Assembly: GCA_044225365.1 (NCBI GenBank)
Contig: JBGAIQ010000066.1
Coordinates: 1-28,316 of the forward strand
DNA: 28,316 bases
Source of the DNA: Planctomycetota bacterium
GTDB taxonomy: Bacteria; Planctomycetota; B15-G4; JADJEK01
Direction of reading: 5' to 3'
Below are positions 16,370 through 24,968 of the stretch, in pieces. The notes under the pieces are model-generated. The model did not search any database. It worked only from the letters and a program-made list of their open reading frames with translations, and was not told where the DNA came from. A program made the translations under genes and the position numbers. Each line of letters opens with the position of its first letter. Position 1 is the stretch's first letter.

Positions 16370-17520
16370 GCCGGACCCGTCTCGCGTACTGCTCGAACAT
16401 CCACCCGGCCGAGACCGTCGCGGGGATCGTCGCCACGCTCGCGTCGGTCTCGGCGAAAGTGCGCGACGCGCTCGACCCCGGCGGGCGCCTCGGCGTCGGG
16501 CTGTGGCTCTCCAACGCCGTCGTCGACGAACTGCTCACGACACCCGGCGCGATCTCTCGCCTGAAGGCGTTCCTCGCGCAGGAGCGCTTCGACGTCTTCA
16601 CGCTCAATGCGTTTCCCTTCGGCGGATTCCACGGCGCTCGCGTGAAGGAGAAGGTCTTCGAGCCCACGTGGGCCGATCCGCGGCGCCTCGCGTACACGAC
16701 GCGCTGCGCCGAGATCCTCGCCGAGCTCCTTGAACCGGGCGCGACGGGATCGATCAGCACGTCGCCGCTCGCGCTGCCGATGCACGCGATCGATCGTGGG
16801 GCGGCGATCTCGAACCTGCGCGCCTGCGGCCGCGCGTTCGCGGAGATCGAAGCACGCACCGGGCATCGCATCGTCCTCGGGATCGAGCCCGAGCCCACGG
16901 CGCTGCTCGAGACGATCGACGACGCGATCGAGTTCCTGCGCACCGAAGTGTTCGCTCGGAACGACGAAGCTCTGCGGCGCCACCTCGGTGTTTGCTTCGA
17001 TGCGTGTCACGAGTCGATCCTGCATCAGGACGTCGAAGCGTCGTTGCGACGCCTCAACCACGAAGGGATCGTGCTCGCGAAGCTCCAGCTCAGCTCGGCG
17101 CTCGAACTTCGCGATCCCTCGAACGACGCCGCCGCGATGGAACGCTTGCGGGCGTTCGACGAGGGCCGCTACTTCCACCAGACCGCGTATCGGGACCCGT
17201 CGGGGCGAATCGTCGTCGTTCCGGACCTGCCCGATCTGTTCGAGCTCGCCAAATCGCGCGCGCTGTCCGGCGTGGAGAAGCTGCGCGTGCACTTCCACGT
17301 GCCGATCTTCGCCACGCTCGACGCGCCGTTCGCGACGACGCGCGACGATCTCTCACGCGCCGTGCGCGTCGCGAAAGAGCTCGATCTCACCGAGCACTTC
17401 GAGATCGAGACGTACACCTTCGACGTCATCCCGCAGGCGGAGCGCGCTCGTCTCGGCGCGGAGGACTTGCCCGCGCTCCTCGTGCGCGAGTTCGTCCAGG
17501 CGCGGGAATGGATGCGGTAG
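16366..17520 (+). CDS. eboE: EboE-family xylose-isomerase-like TIM barrel protein
   Basis: YCSNIHPAE, LNAFPFGGFH..VKEKVFEPTW, EPEP, CFDACH, KLQLSSAL, YFHQ, RVHFHVP, HFEIETYT. GTG start overlaps the upstream TGA (GTGA 16366-16369), not 15916. Confidence 0.88.
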   Translation: MSRTRLAYCSNIHPAETVAGIVATLASVSAKVRDALDPGGRLGVGLWLSNAVVDELLTTPGAISRLKAFLAQERFDVFTLNAFPFGGFHGARVKEKVFEPTWADPRRLAYTTRCAEILAELLEPGATGSISTSPLALPMHAIDRGAAISNLRACGRAFAEIEARTGHRIVLGIEPEPTALLETIDDAIEFLRTEVFARNDEALRRHLGVCFDACHESILHQDVEASLRRLNHEGIVLAKLQLSSALELRDPSNDAAAMERLRAFDEGRYFHQTAYRDPSGRIVVVPDLPDLFELAKSRALSGVEKLRVHFHVPIFATLDAPFATTRDDLSRAVRVAKELDLTEHFEIETYTFDVIPQAERARLGAEDLPALLVREFVQAREWMR

Positions 17521-17563
17521 TCGAAGCCGGCTGCTAGGCCGTCCCTCCCGCGATCGAGGACGC

Positions 17564-18757
17564 TCACTGCGCGGCGGAGGCGAAGTTGCTCGTCACGCCC
17601 CGTTCGGCGAGGATCTCACGGTAGACGGCTTCGGTGCGCGCGAATCGCACGGACGCGTGCATCAGCTCGAGCACGAGCTTGCGCCCGTTCTCGCCCATCG
17701 ATCGCGCCGCATCGCGATCGCGCAGCATGCGCAGGATGCCGACGGCGAGGGCGTCGGGGTCGCGCTTCTTCACGAGGATGCCGGTCTTCCCGTCGTGGAT
17801 GATCTCGGGGTTGCCGTCGGTGTCGGTCGCGACCGTGGGTCGCGCCATCGCGAGCGCTTCGCGAAGCGCGCCCGTGAGTCCTTCGTCACGGATGGAGGAG
17901 TTCACGGCGACGTCCGCCGCCGCGTAGACGTTCGCGATGTCGGTCCGGAAGCCCAGCAGCTTCACGCGTTCGCCGAGCCCGAGGCGATCGATCAGCGCGC
18001 GCAGCTTCTTCTCGCGCGAACCGCGGCCGACGAGCGCGAAGTAGGCCTGCGGCCGCTGGCGGAGCACGCGCTGCGCCGACTTCACGAAGATGTCCGGCGC
18101 TTTCTTCTTGTGCAGCTCACCGACCTGCACGACGAACTCGTCGACATCGGTGAGCCCGAGTTCGGTGCGGACCGCGGAGCGATCGGAGACCAGTGGGTCG
18201 AAGCGCGAGAGATCGAAGGATCCGTACACCACGGCGATCTTCTTGCGATCCACGCCGTAGCTGGCGAGCGCGTTCTTCACGGCCTCCGCGACCGCGACGA
18301 TGCGATGCACCCGCGGCGACTTGTGAGCGGCGGCGATGAGTCGCGATCGAAAGCCGTGCGTCGTCCCGCGCTGCGAGACGAAGGCCGGTCCCGCATTGGC
18401 GCCGCGGCCGCTCCACATGCCCGTCGTCGCGAGCCAACTGAAGATGAGCGCCGTGTCGCGATGCACGTGGAGCACGTCGGGTCGTTCCTTCGCGAGCATG
18501 CGGCGCATCCGCCACAGTTCGCTCGGATGCTCGTGACCCTTCTCGCCCATCTGGAACGCCGACACCCGGACGCCCGGACTTCGCGCCATCCAGGGACCAA
18601 AAGTGGAGTCGAGCGGTTTCGATGGATTCGAATTCGCGATCACGTGCACGTCGTGCCCCGCGGCCGCCTGGCCCTGCGCGAGCAGGAAGGCCTGGATCGC
18701 TCCGCCGCGAGTGACGTTGCCGTGAGTCAGGACATGTACGATCCGCATCGCGGTCAT
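17564..18757 (-). CDS. GT-B glycosyltransferase, family 4
   Basis: MRIVHV...GGA, RPDVLHVH, KKAP, EGLTGALREALAMARPTVATD..GNPEIIHDGKTGILV (EX7E motif). Start is 18757 or 18748. Confidence 0.92.
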   Translation of the reverse strand: MTAMRIVHVLTHGNVTRGGAIQAFLLAQGQAAAGHDVHVIANSNPSKPLDSTFGPWMARSPGVRVSAFQMGEKGHEHPSELWRMRRMLAKERPDVLHVHRDTALIFSWLATTGMWSGRGANAGPAFVSQRGTTHGFRSRLIAAAHKSPRVHRIVAVAEAVKNALASYGVDRKKIAVVYGSFDLSRFDPLVSDRSAVRTELGLTDVDEFVVQVGELHKKKAPDIFVKSAQRVLRQRPQAYFALVGRGSREKKLRALIDRLGLGERVKLLGFRTDIANVYAAADVAVNSSIRDEGLTGALREALAMARPTVATDTDGNPEIIHDGKTGILVKKRDPDALAVGILRMLRDRDAARSMGENGRKLVLELMHASVRFARTEAVYREILAERGVTSNFASAAQ

Positions 18758-18968
18758 CGTCTCAGCTTCGTTTCCGTGGCCATCGAATTCGCAGCATCAT
18801 GGCGTCGAATCCACCCGCTCTTCGTGAATTTCGCGTCAGGTGTGGGTTGCGGATTCCATTCGAGATCGGCGGTCGAATGTGGCAGGATACGAGGTCCGAT
18901 CGCGCAACGAAAGTGTCGTTGCGATGAACCGCATCCATCATCCGGCGCAGCCGTTGCGCGGAGTCAAC

Positions 18969-19946
18969 ATGCTGTCTCGTGCCAACCTCGAGCACCCGTC
19001 GCCGCGCAAGCCGGAATGGCTGCGCGTGAGAGCGCCCGGCGGCGAGAGTTACGTGCACATCAAGGAGACGCTCCGCAGCCGCGGCTTGTACACGGTGTGC
19101 GAAGAAGCTCGCTGCCCGAACGTGGGGGAGTGTTGGAAGGGCGGCACCGCCACCTTCATGCTTCTCGGCGACACCTGCACCCGGGCTTGCGCCTTCTGTG
19201 CGGTGAAGACCGGGAATCCGCGCGGCCGGGTCGACGCCGCGGAGCCAACGAAGATCGCCGAGGCCGTGAAGGCGATGCGGCTGAAGTACGTGGTGCTCAC
19301 GACCGTCGATCGCGATGACCTGAAGGACTCCGGCGCCGCGCACTTCGCGGCTACGGTGGAAGCGATCCGCAGGCTCGATCCCGCGATCCTGATCGAGACC
19401 TTGACCGGCGACTTCCACGGCAATGTCGATGCATTGCGAACGATGCTCGCGAGTCGGCCCGATGTCTTCGCGCACAACGTCGAAACGGTCGAGCGTCTCA
19501 CGCCGCGCGTGCGCGACAAACGGGCGAGCTACGCGCAATCCCTCGCGATGCTGCGGCACGGTCGCGAGTTGCTCGCCGCCGCGGCGGGTGACGCCCGCGT
19601 GTTCACCAAGTCTTCACTGCAGCTCGGGCATGGCGAGACGATCGACGAGGTCGTCGTCGCGATGCGAGATCTGCGCGCTCACGGGGTCGACCTCTTGACC
19701 CTCGGTCAATACCTTCGTCCGACGCCGAAGCATCTGCCGGTCGCGCGGTTCGTCGAGCCCACGGAGTTCGATCGCCTCGCGGCGATCGGAATGGAGCTCG
19801 GTTTTGCGCACGTCGCGGCAGGTCCGCTCGTGCGTTCGAGCTATCGTGCGGGAGAGCACTTCGTCGAGAACGTGCTGCGTCCGCGCGCGCCTGCGCCAAC
19901 AACGTCCCCGTCCCTTCCGTCACCAGAGATTCGACATGACGCCTGA
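18969..19946 (+). CDS. lipA: Lipoyl synthase (radical SAM)
   Basis: CEEARCPNVGEC (CX4CX5C), CTRACAFC (CX3CX2C), HNVETV, GQYL, VRSSY. GGAG 5 nt before ATG 18969. Confidence 0.97.
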   Translation: MLSRANLEHPSPRKPEWLRVRAPGGESYVHIKETLRSRGLYTVCEEARCPNVGECWKGGTATFMLLGDTCTRACAFCAVKTGNPRGRVDAAEPTKIAEAVKAMRLKYVVLTTVDRDDLKDSGAAHFAATVEAIRRLDPAILIETLTGDFHGNVDALRTMLASRPDVFAHNVETVERLTPRVRDKRASYAQSLAMLRHGRELLAAAAGDARVFTKSSLQLGHGETIDEVVVAMRDLRAHGVDLLTLGQYLRPTPKHLPVARFVEPTEFDRLAAIGMELGFAHVAAGPLVRSSYRAGEHFVENVLRPRAPAPTTSPSLPSPEIRHDA

Positions 19947-21093
19947 ACTCCTCAAAGTGCTCGATACGGCGACTCGCGAAGCCGGATCGTCCCGGCAGGC
20001 CGGCAAATCGGGCAAGGGCGGCGTCGCGCTGCCGAAAGGCCTCGACGACGCGAAACTCCTCGCGATGTATCGCCTGATGCTGACGACCCGGCTGCTCGAC
20101 GATCGCGCGATGAAGCTGCAGCGCCAGGGTCGCATCGGCTTCTACGTGCCGTCGATCGGCCAGGAAGCGTGCGCCGTCGGTTCGGCGTTCGTGCTCGGCG
20201 CGAAGGACTGGTGCTACCCGTCCTATCGCGAGCCCGGCGCCGCGCTGACGCTCGGCGTACCGATCCAGGACATCGTGAACGAATGGTACGGCAACGCCGA
20301 AGACACGACGAAGGGCCGGCAGATGCCGGTGCACTACAGCTTCGCGAAGTACCGCTTCGTCTCGATCAGCTCGCCGATCGGCACCCAGATCGTGCAAGCC
20401 GCGGGCTGCGCGATGGGCATGCAGATCAAGAAGGAGAAGGCGTTCGCGATCACCTACTTCGGTGACGGCGCGACCTCCTCGAACGACTTCCACGCCGGAC
20501 TCAACTTCGGCGCGGTCTACAAGGCGCCCGTGATCTTCTTCTGCTCCAACAACCAGTGGGCGATCAGTTGCCCGCTCTCGCAGCAGACAGCGAGCGAGAC
20601 GATCGCGCAGAAGTCGATCGCGTACGGCATGCCCGGCGTGCGCGTCGACGGCAACGACGTCCTCGCCGTGTATCAGGCGACTCTCGAAGCCGCCGAGCGC
20701 TGTCGCCGCGGCGAAGGCCCGACGCTCATCGAAGCGCTGACGTTCCGCCTCGGCCCGCACAGCAGCTCCGACGATCCCACGCGCTATCGCCCGACGAAGG
20801 AAGTCGAGGACTGGAAGGCGAAGGATCCGATCGAGCGCCTCAAGGCCTTCCTCGTGAAGCGCGGAACCCTCGACGCCAAGTCCGAGGCGGCGATCGCCGA
20901 GGAGATCAACGACGCGATCGCGGCGGCCGTGAAGCACGCGGAGAGCGTCCCGATGCCGGCGTCGTCGACGATGTTCGACGACGTCTACGGGACGATGCCG
21001 AAGAACCTGAAGGAGCAGCAGCAGCGGCTGCAGCAACTCGAACAGACCGCCGGCGCAGCTTCGAAGGACAAGGACGCCGCCTTCCCGCTGTAG
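19936..21093 (+). CDS. 2-oxoacid (probably branched-chain) dehydrogenase E1 alpha subunit, copy 1
   Basis: LQRQGRIGFY, SYRE, GRQMPVHY, ThDP motif GDGATSS...NNQWAIS, HSSSDDP. ATG 19936 overlaps the lipA end. Confidence 0.95.
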   Translation: MTPELLKVLDTATREAGSSRQAGKSGKGGVALPKGLDDAKLLAMYRLMLTTRLLDDRAMKLQRQGRIGFYVPSIGQEACAVGSAFVLGAKDWCYPSYREPGAALTLGVPIQDIVNEWYGNAEDTTKGRQMPVHYSFAKYRFVSISSPIGTQIVQAAGCAMGMQIKKEKAFAITYFGDGATSSNDFHAGLNFGAVYKAPVIFFCSNNQWAISCPLSQQTASETIAQKSIAYGMPGVRVDGNDVLAVYQATLEAAERCRRGEGPTLIEALTFRLGPHSSSDDPTRYRPTKEVEDWKAKDPIERLKAFLVKRGTLDAKSEAAIAEEINDAIAAAVKHAESVPMPASSTMFDDVYGTMPKNLKEQQQRLQQLEQTAGAASKDKDAAFPL

Positions 21094-21162
21094 TTCCGTC
21101 CCCGCGAGTCGAACGCGTCGTAAGGTCCCGCAACCCAGAACCGTGAACCGCCCATCGCACCT

Positions 21163-22137
21163 ATGCCCACATTGACACTGCTCCAAGCGATCAATTCCGC
21201 CCTCAAGGACGAGATGAAGCAGGACGATCGAATCGTCGTGCTCGGCGAAGACGTCGGCAAGAACGGCGGCGTCTTCCGCGCGACCGAGGGTCTGCAGGAC
21301 CTCTACGGCGAGGCGCGCTGCTTCGACACGCCGCTCTGCGAATCCGGCATCATCGGCGCGGCCGTCGGCATGGCGCTCTACGGCTTGCGGCCCGTGCCGG
21401 AGATCCAGTTCTCCGACTTCATCTTCCCCGCGTTCGACCAAATCGTGTCGGAAGCCGCGAAGATGCGCTACCGGTCGGGCGGTGAGTTCACTTGCCCGAT
21501 GGTGATCCGCACGCCGTCCGGCGGCGGCATCCGCGGCGGGCACTATCACAGCCAGTCGACCGAGGCGTACTTCTGCCACACGCCCGGACTCAAGGTGGTG
21601 ATGCCCTCGACGCCGTACGACGCGAAGGGACTCCTCATCAGCTCGATCCGCGACGGCGACCCGATCCTCTTCCTCGAGCCGAAGCGAATCTATCGCTCGA
21701 TCAAGGAGGAAGTGCCCGATGGGTCGTACGAGGTCCCGCTCGGCAAGGCGCGTCTCGCCCGTGAAGGCAAGGACGTGACGATCGTCACCTACGGCGCGAT
21801 GGTCGGCATCTGCGAGAAGGCGGCGGAGGACGCGAAGGCGAAGGAGATCGACGTCGAGATCGTCGACCTGCGCACGCTCGTCCCGCTCGACGAAGAGGCG
21901 ATCCTGAACTCGGTGATGAAGACGGGCCGCTGCATCGTCGTGAACGAAGCGCCGCGCACCGGCGGCTTCGCGGGCGAGATCTCGGCGATCGTCGCCGAGA
22001 AGGCGATCGAATACCTCGAAGCGCCGATCCTCCGCGTCACCGGTTTCGACACACCGTTCCCGTACTCGCTCGAGCACGTGTACATGCCGGACTCCCGGCG
22101 CGTCCTCGCGGCGATCGAGCGATCGGTCCACTTCTGA
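21163..22137 (+). CDS. 2-oxoacid dehydrogenase E1 beta subunit
   Basis: GEDVGKNGGVFRAT, DTPLCESGI, EIQFSDF, GGHYHSQS, EPKRIY, DLRTL.PLD. Confidence 0.96.
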   Translation: MPTLTLLQAINSALKDEMKQDDRIVVLGEDVGKNGGVFRATEGLQDLYGEARCFDTPLCESGIIGAAVGMALYGLRPVPEIQFSDFIFPAFDQIVSEAAKMRYRSGGEFTCPMVIRTPSGGGIRGGHYHSQSTEAYFCHTPGLKVVMPSTPYDAKGLLISSIRDGDPILFLEPKRIYRSIKEEVPDGSYEVPLGKARLAREGKDVTIVTYGAMVGICEKAAEDAKAKEIDVEIVDLRTLVPLDEEAILNSVMKTGRCIVVNEAPRTGGFAGEISAIVAEKAIEYLEAPILRVTGFDTPFPYSLEHVYMPDSRRVLAAIERSVHF

Positions 22138-22224
22138 GGTCTTGACGGCGCGCGATCGCGCGCCCGCTTGAATACTCGCATACATCGGGGCGCACGGCGG
22201 TGCGCCCGCTCTTGGAGAACCGCA

Positions 22225-23616
22225 ATGAAGGAGTTCAAACTCCCCGACATCGGCGAAGGCATCCACGAAGGCGAGATCGTTCGCTGGCTCGTGAAGGAGG
22301 GCGACTCGGTCAGCGAGGATCAGCCCATCGCCGAAGTCATGACGGACAAAGCGACGGTCGAGATCACCTCCCCTTACAAGGGAACCGTTGCGAAGCTGCA
22401 CGCCGCCGAGGGCCAGAGCGTTCTCGTCGGCGCGACGATCATCGAGATCGACGAGACGGGCGGCAACGGCAAGGTCGCGGCTCCCGCGGCGAAGCCCGCT
22501 CCGGCGCCCGCGGCGCCGCCGGCCGCCGCTCCTACACCGCCGCCTCCGCCCGTTGCGAGTCGTCCGTCGCCTCCGCCCGTTCACTCTGCTCCTTCGGCTC
22601 CCGCGCCGGCGCCGCGCATCAGCGAGCCCGAGCCGATCTTCGCCGAGCCCGCGGCGCTCTCGAGCGGCCCCGTCCTCGCGACGCCGGCGACACGCGCCCT
22701 CGCGCGCAACCTCGGAGTCGACCTGCGCGGCATCCAGGGCACCGGACCGCGTGGGCGAGTGACGAAGGAGGACGTCGAGCGCTCGGTTTCTTCCGTTAAG
22801 CCCGCGGCGCGTCCGGCGCCGCCCGCGAACGCGCCGCCCGCCGTGAGTCGTCCCTCGGCTCCCGCTCCGAGCCCCGCGCCCCGACCGGTGGCCGCGCCGG
22901 TGCCGTTCGTGCCGGGTGGCGAGACGCGCATCCCGCTGCGCGGACTGCGCAAGAAGATCGCGGATCGCATGGCTCTCAGCAAGCGGACCGCGGCGCACTT
23001 CACCTACGTCGAAGAGGTCGACGTCACGGAGCTCGTCAAGTTCCGCAACGAGGCGAAGGACTTCGCGAAGTCGCGCGATGCCAAGCTCACGTATCTGCCC
23101 TTCATCCTGAAGGCGATCGTGACCGGTCTCAAGCAGTTCCCGATGCTCAACGCCTCGCTCGACGAGGAGAAGAGCGAGATCGTCCAGAAGCACTACTTCA
23201 ACTTCGGCATCGCAGTCGACACCAAGGACGGTCTCGTCGTCCCGGTCGTGAAGAACGTCGATCAACTCTCGATCCTCGCGCTCGCGCGGGAAATCGAGCG
23301 CGTCGCGACTGCGGCGCGTGAAGGCACGATGGCGCTCGACGACCTGCGCGGCGGCACGTTCACGATCACGAACGCCGGCAACATCGGCGGTCTCTTCGCG
23401 ACGCCCGTCATCAACTATCCGGAAGTCGCGATCCTCGGCGTCCACAAGATCGCGCGCAAGCCCGTCGTCCGCGGCGACAAGATCGAGATCGGCGACGTCA
23501 TGCTGCTCTCGATCTCGATCGATCACCGCGTGGTCGATGGCGCCGATGGTGCTCGCTTCATGAACGAAGTCGTGCGGTGTCTCCAGGATCCGCGCTACCT
23601 CCTGCTCGAGGGCTGA
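22225..23616 (+). CDS. Dihydrolipoamide acyltransferase (E2), single lipoyl domain
   Basis: Lipoyl-Lys TDKA, Pro/Ala linkers, subunit-binding domain (ATPATR..A...GVDL..I.GTG..GRVTKEDV), catalytic DHRVVDG. GGAG before ATG 22225. Confidence 0.96.
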   Translation: MKEFKLPDIGEGIHEGEIVRWLVKEGDSVSEDQPIAEVMTDKATVEITSPYKGTVAKLHAAEGQSVLVGATIIEIDETGGNGKVAAPAAKPAPAPAAPPAAAPTPPPPPVASRPSPPPVHSAPSAPAPAPRISEPEPIFAEPAALSSGPVLATPATRALARNLGVDLRGIQGTGPRGRVTKEDVERSVSSVKPAARPAPPANAPPAVSRPSAPAPSPAPRPVAAPVPFVPGGETRIPLRGLRKKIADRMALSKRTAAHFTYVEEVDVTELVKFRNEAKDFAKSRDAKLTYLPFILKAIVTGLKQFPMLNASLDEEKSEIVQKHYFNFGIAVDTKDGLVVPVVKNVDQLSILALAREIERVATAAREGTMALDDLRGGTFTITNAGNIGGLFATPVINYPEVAILGVHKIARKPVVRGDKIEIGDVMLLSISIDHRVVDGADGARFMNEVVRCLQDPRYLLLEG

Positions 23617-23618
23617 GC

Positions 23619-24845
23619 GTGGCCAGCAAGAAGCGATCGATCAAGCGGCCACCGCGTGCGGTGAGCGCTGCGAAGCGCTCGCCCATTCGGCAGAAGAACG
23701 TGGCGAAGGCGACGAAGAAGAAGCCGCTCGCGAAGGCGATCCAACGATCGCGGCCGCGGGCGGAGTCCGACACGAGTCTTGGGATCTTCACGGTGCTCGG
23801 GGACGGCGCGACGTTCCGGAAGAAGCCCTCCGCGATCGGCGTCACCGACGACACCGCGCTCGCCATGTACAAGACGATGGTGCTCCTGCGCACCCTCGAC
23901 GCGAAGATGCTCGTCCTGCAGCGCCAGGGTCGCATCGGCTTCTGGGGCCCGATCCGAGGGCAGGAGGCCGCGACGATCGGTTCGTGCGCTGCGTTCGAAC
24001 AACGCGACTGGATCCTGCCGGCGCTGCGCGAAGCGGGCGCTGCTCTGTATCGCGGTTTCTCGCTCACCGAGATGGTGAGTCAGTGCCTCGGCAATTCGGG
24101 CGACAAGACGCAGGGTCGCCAGATGCCGTGCCACTACACCTTCAAGGCCGGCAACTACGTCGCGATGTCGAGCGTCATCGGCACCCAGATCCCGCACGCA
24201 GTGGGGGTCGCGATGGCGGCGAAGATCAAGGGCGAGCCGACCGTCGTCGCGGGCTACCTCGGCGACGGCGCCACGTCGTCGACCGACTTCCACGCCGCGA
24301 TGAACTTCGCGGCGGTCGGCAAGGCGCCCGTCGTCATCATCTGCCAGAACAACCAGTGGGCGATCTCGGTGCCGCTCTGCAAGCAGACCGCGACGAAGAC
24401 GATCGCGCAGAAGGCGATCGCGTACGGGATGCCCTACGAGCGCGTCGATGGCAACGACTTTCTCGCGGTCTACCTCGCGACGAAACGGGCGGTCGATCGC
24501 GCGCGGCGCGGCGAGGGCCCGACGTTCCTCGAACTGCTCACCTATCGCGTCCTCGGACACTCGTCCTCGGACGATCCCACGCGCTACCGCGACGAGCGCG
24601 AGGTCAAGTACTGGGAAGGGCGCGATCCGATCGCGCGCGCCCGGGCCTACCTCGAGCGAGTCGGCCTGTGGAACGCCGACAAGGAAGAAGACCTCGACGG
24701 CGAACTGAACGCGCGGATCGCGACCGCCGTACGCGAGGCCGAGGCGAAGCCGCCCGTCGCGATCGAGACGCTCGTCACCGACGTGTACGGCAAGACGCCC
24801 GCGAACCTCGACGAGCAGTTGAAGAACGCGATCCGCGATCTCTGA
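23619..24845 (+). CDS. 2-oxoacid dehydrogenase E1 alpha subunit, copy 2, with a Lys/Arg-rich N-terminus
   Basis: LQRQGRIGFW, ALRE, GRQMPCHY, GDGATSS...NNQWAIS, HSSSDDP. GTG 23619 lies 2 nt after the E2 stop; start uncertain. Confidence 0.93.
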   Translation: MASKKRSIKRPPRAVSAAKRSPIRQKNVAKATKKKPLAKAIQRSRPRAESDTSLGIFTVLGDGATFRKKPSAIGVTDDTALAMYKTMVLLRTLDAKMLVLQRQGRIGFWGPIRGQEAATIGSCAAFEQRDWILPALREAGAALYRGFSLTEMVSQCLGNSGDKTQGRQMPCHYTFKAGNYVAMSSVIGTQIPHAVGVAMAAKIKGEPTVVAGYLGDGATSSTDFHAAMNFAAVGKAPVVIICQNNQWAISVPLCKQTATKTIAQKAIAYGMPYERVDGNDFLAVYLATKRAVDRARRGEGPTFLELLTYRVLGHSSSDDPTRYRDEREVKYWEGRDPIARARAYLERVGLWNADKEEDLDGELNARIATAVREAEAKPPVAIETLVTDVYGKTPANLDEQLKNAIRDL

Positions 24846-24968
24846 TCGCTCGGCCTGCGCTCCGCGCGGACTCGTTCGCGGCCGACGAGTCGAAGGAAAC
24901 GCGGTCATCGTTCAGGAATTCGTGTCGCCGTCGCCGTTGGATTGCGTCCGCCTCTTCGGAGGCAACCC

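Noticed and set aside
22480-22905. Pro/Ala low-complexity repeats in E2
   Set aside because: These are the ordinary flexible linkers of E2 subunits.
19603-23526. 1307-aa minus-strand ORF
   Set aside because: Antisense shadow of lipA/E1/E2 caused by high-GC codon bias. Arg-rich with no recognisable motifs.
24869-24891. Hairpin GACTCGT...ACGAGTC after E1alpha copy 2 as an intrinsic terminator
   Set aside because: Short stem and no U-tract.
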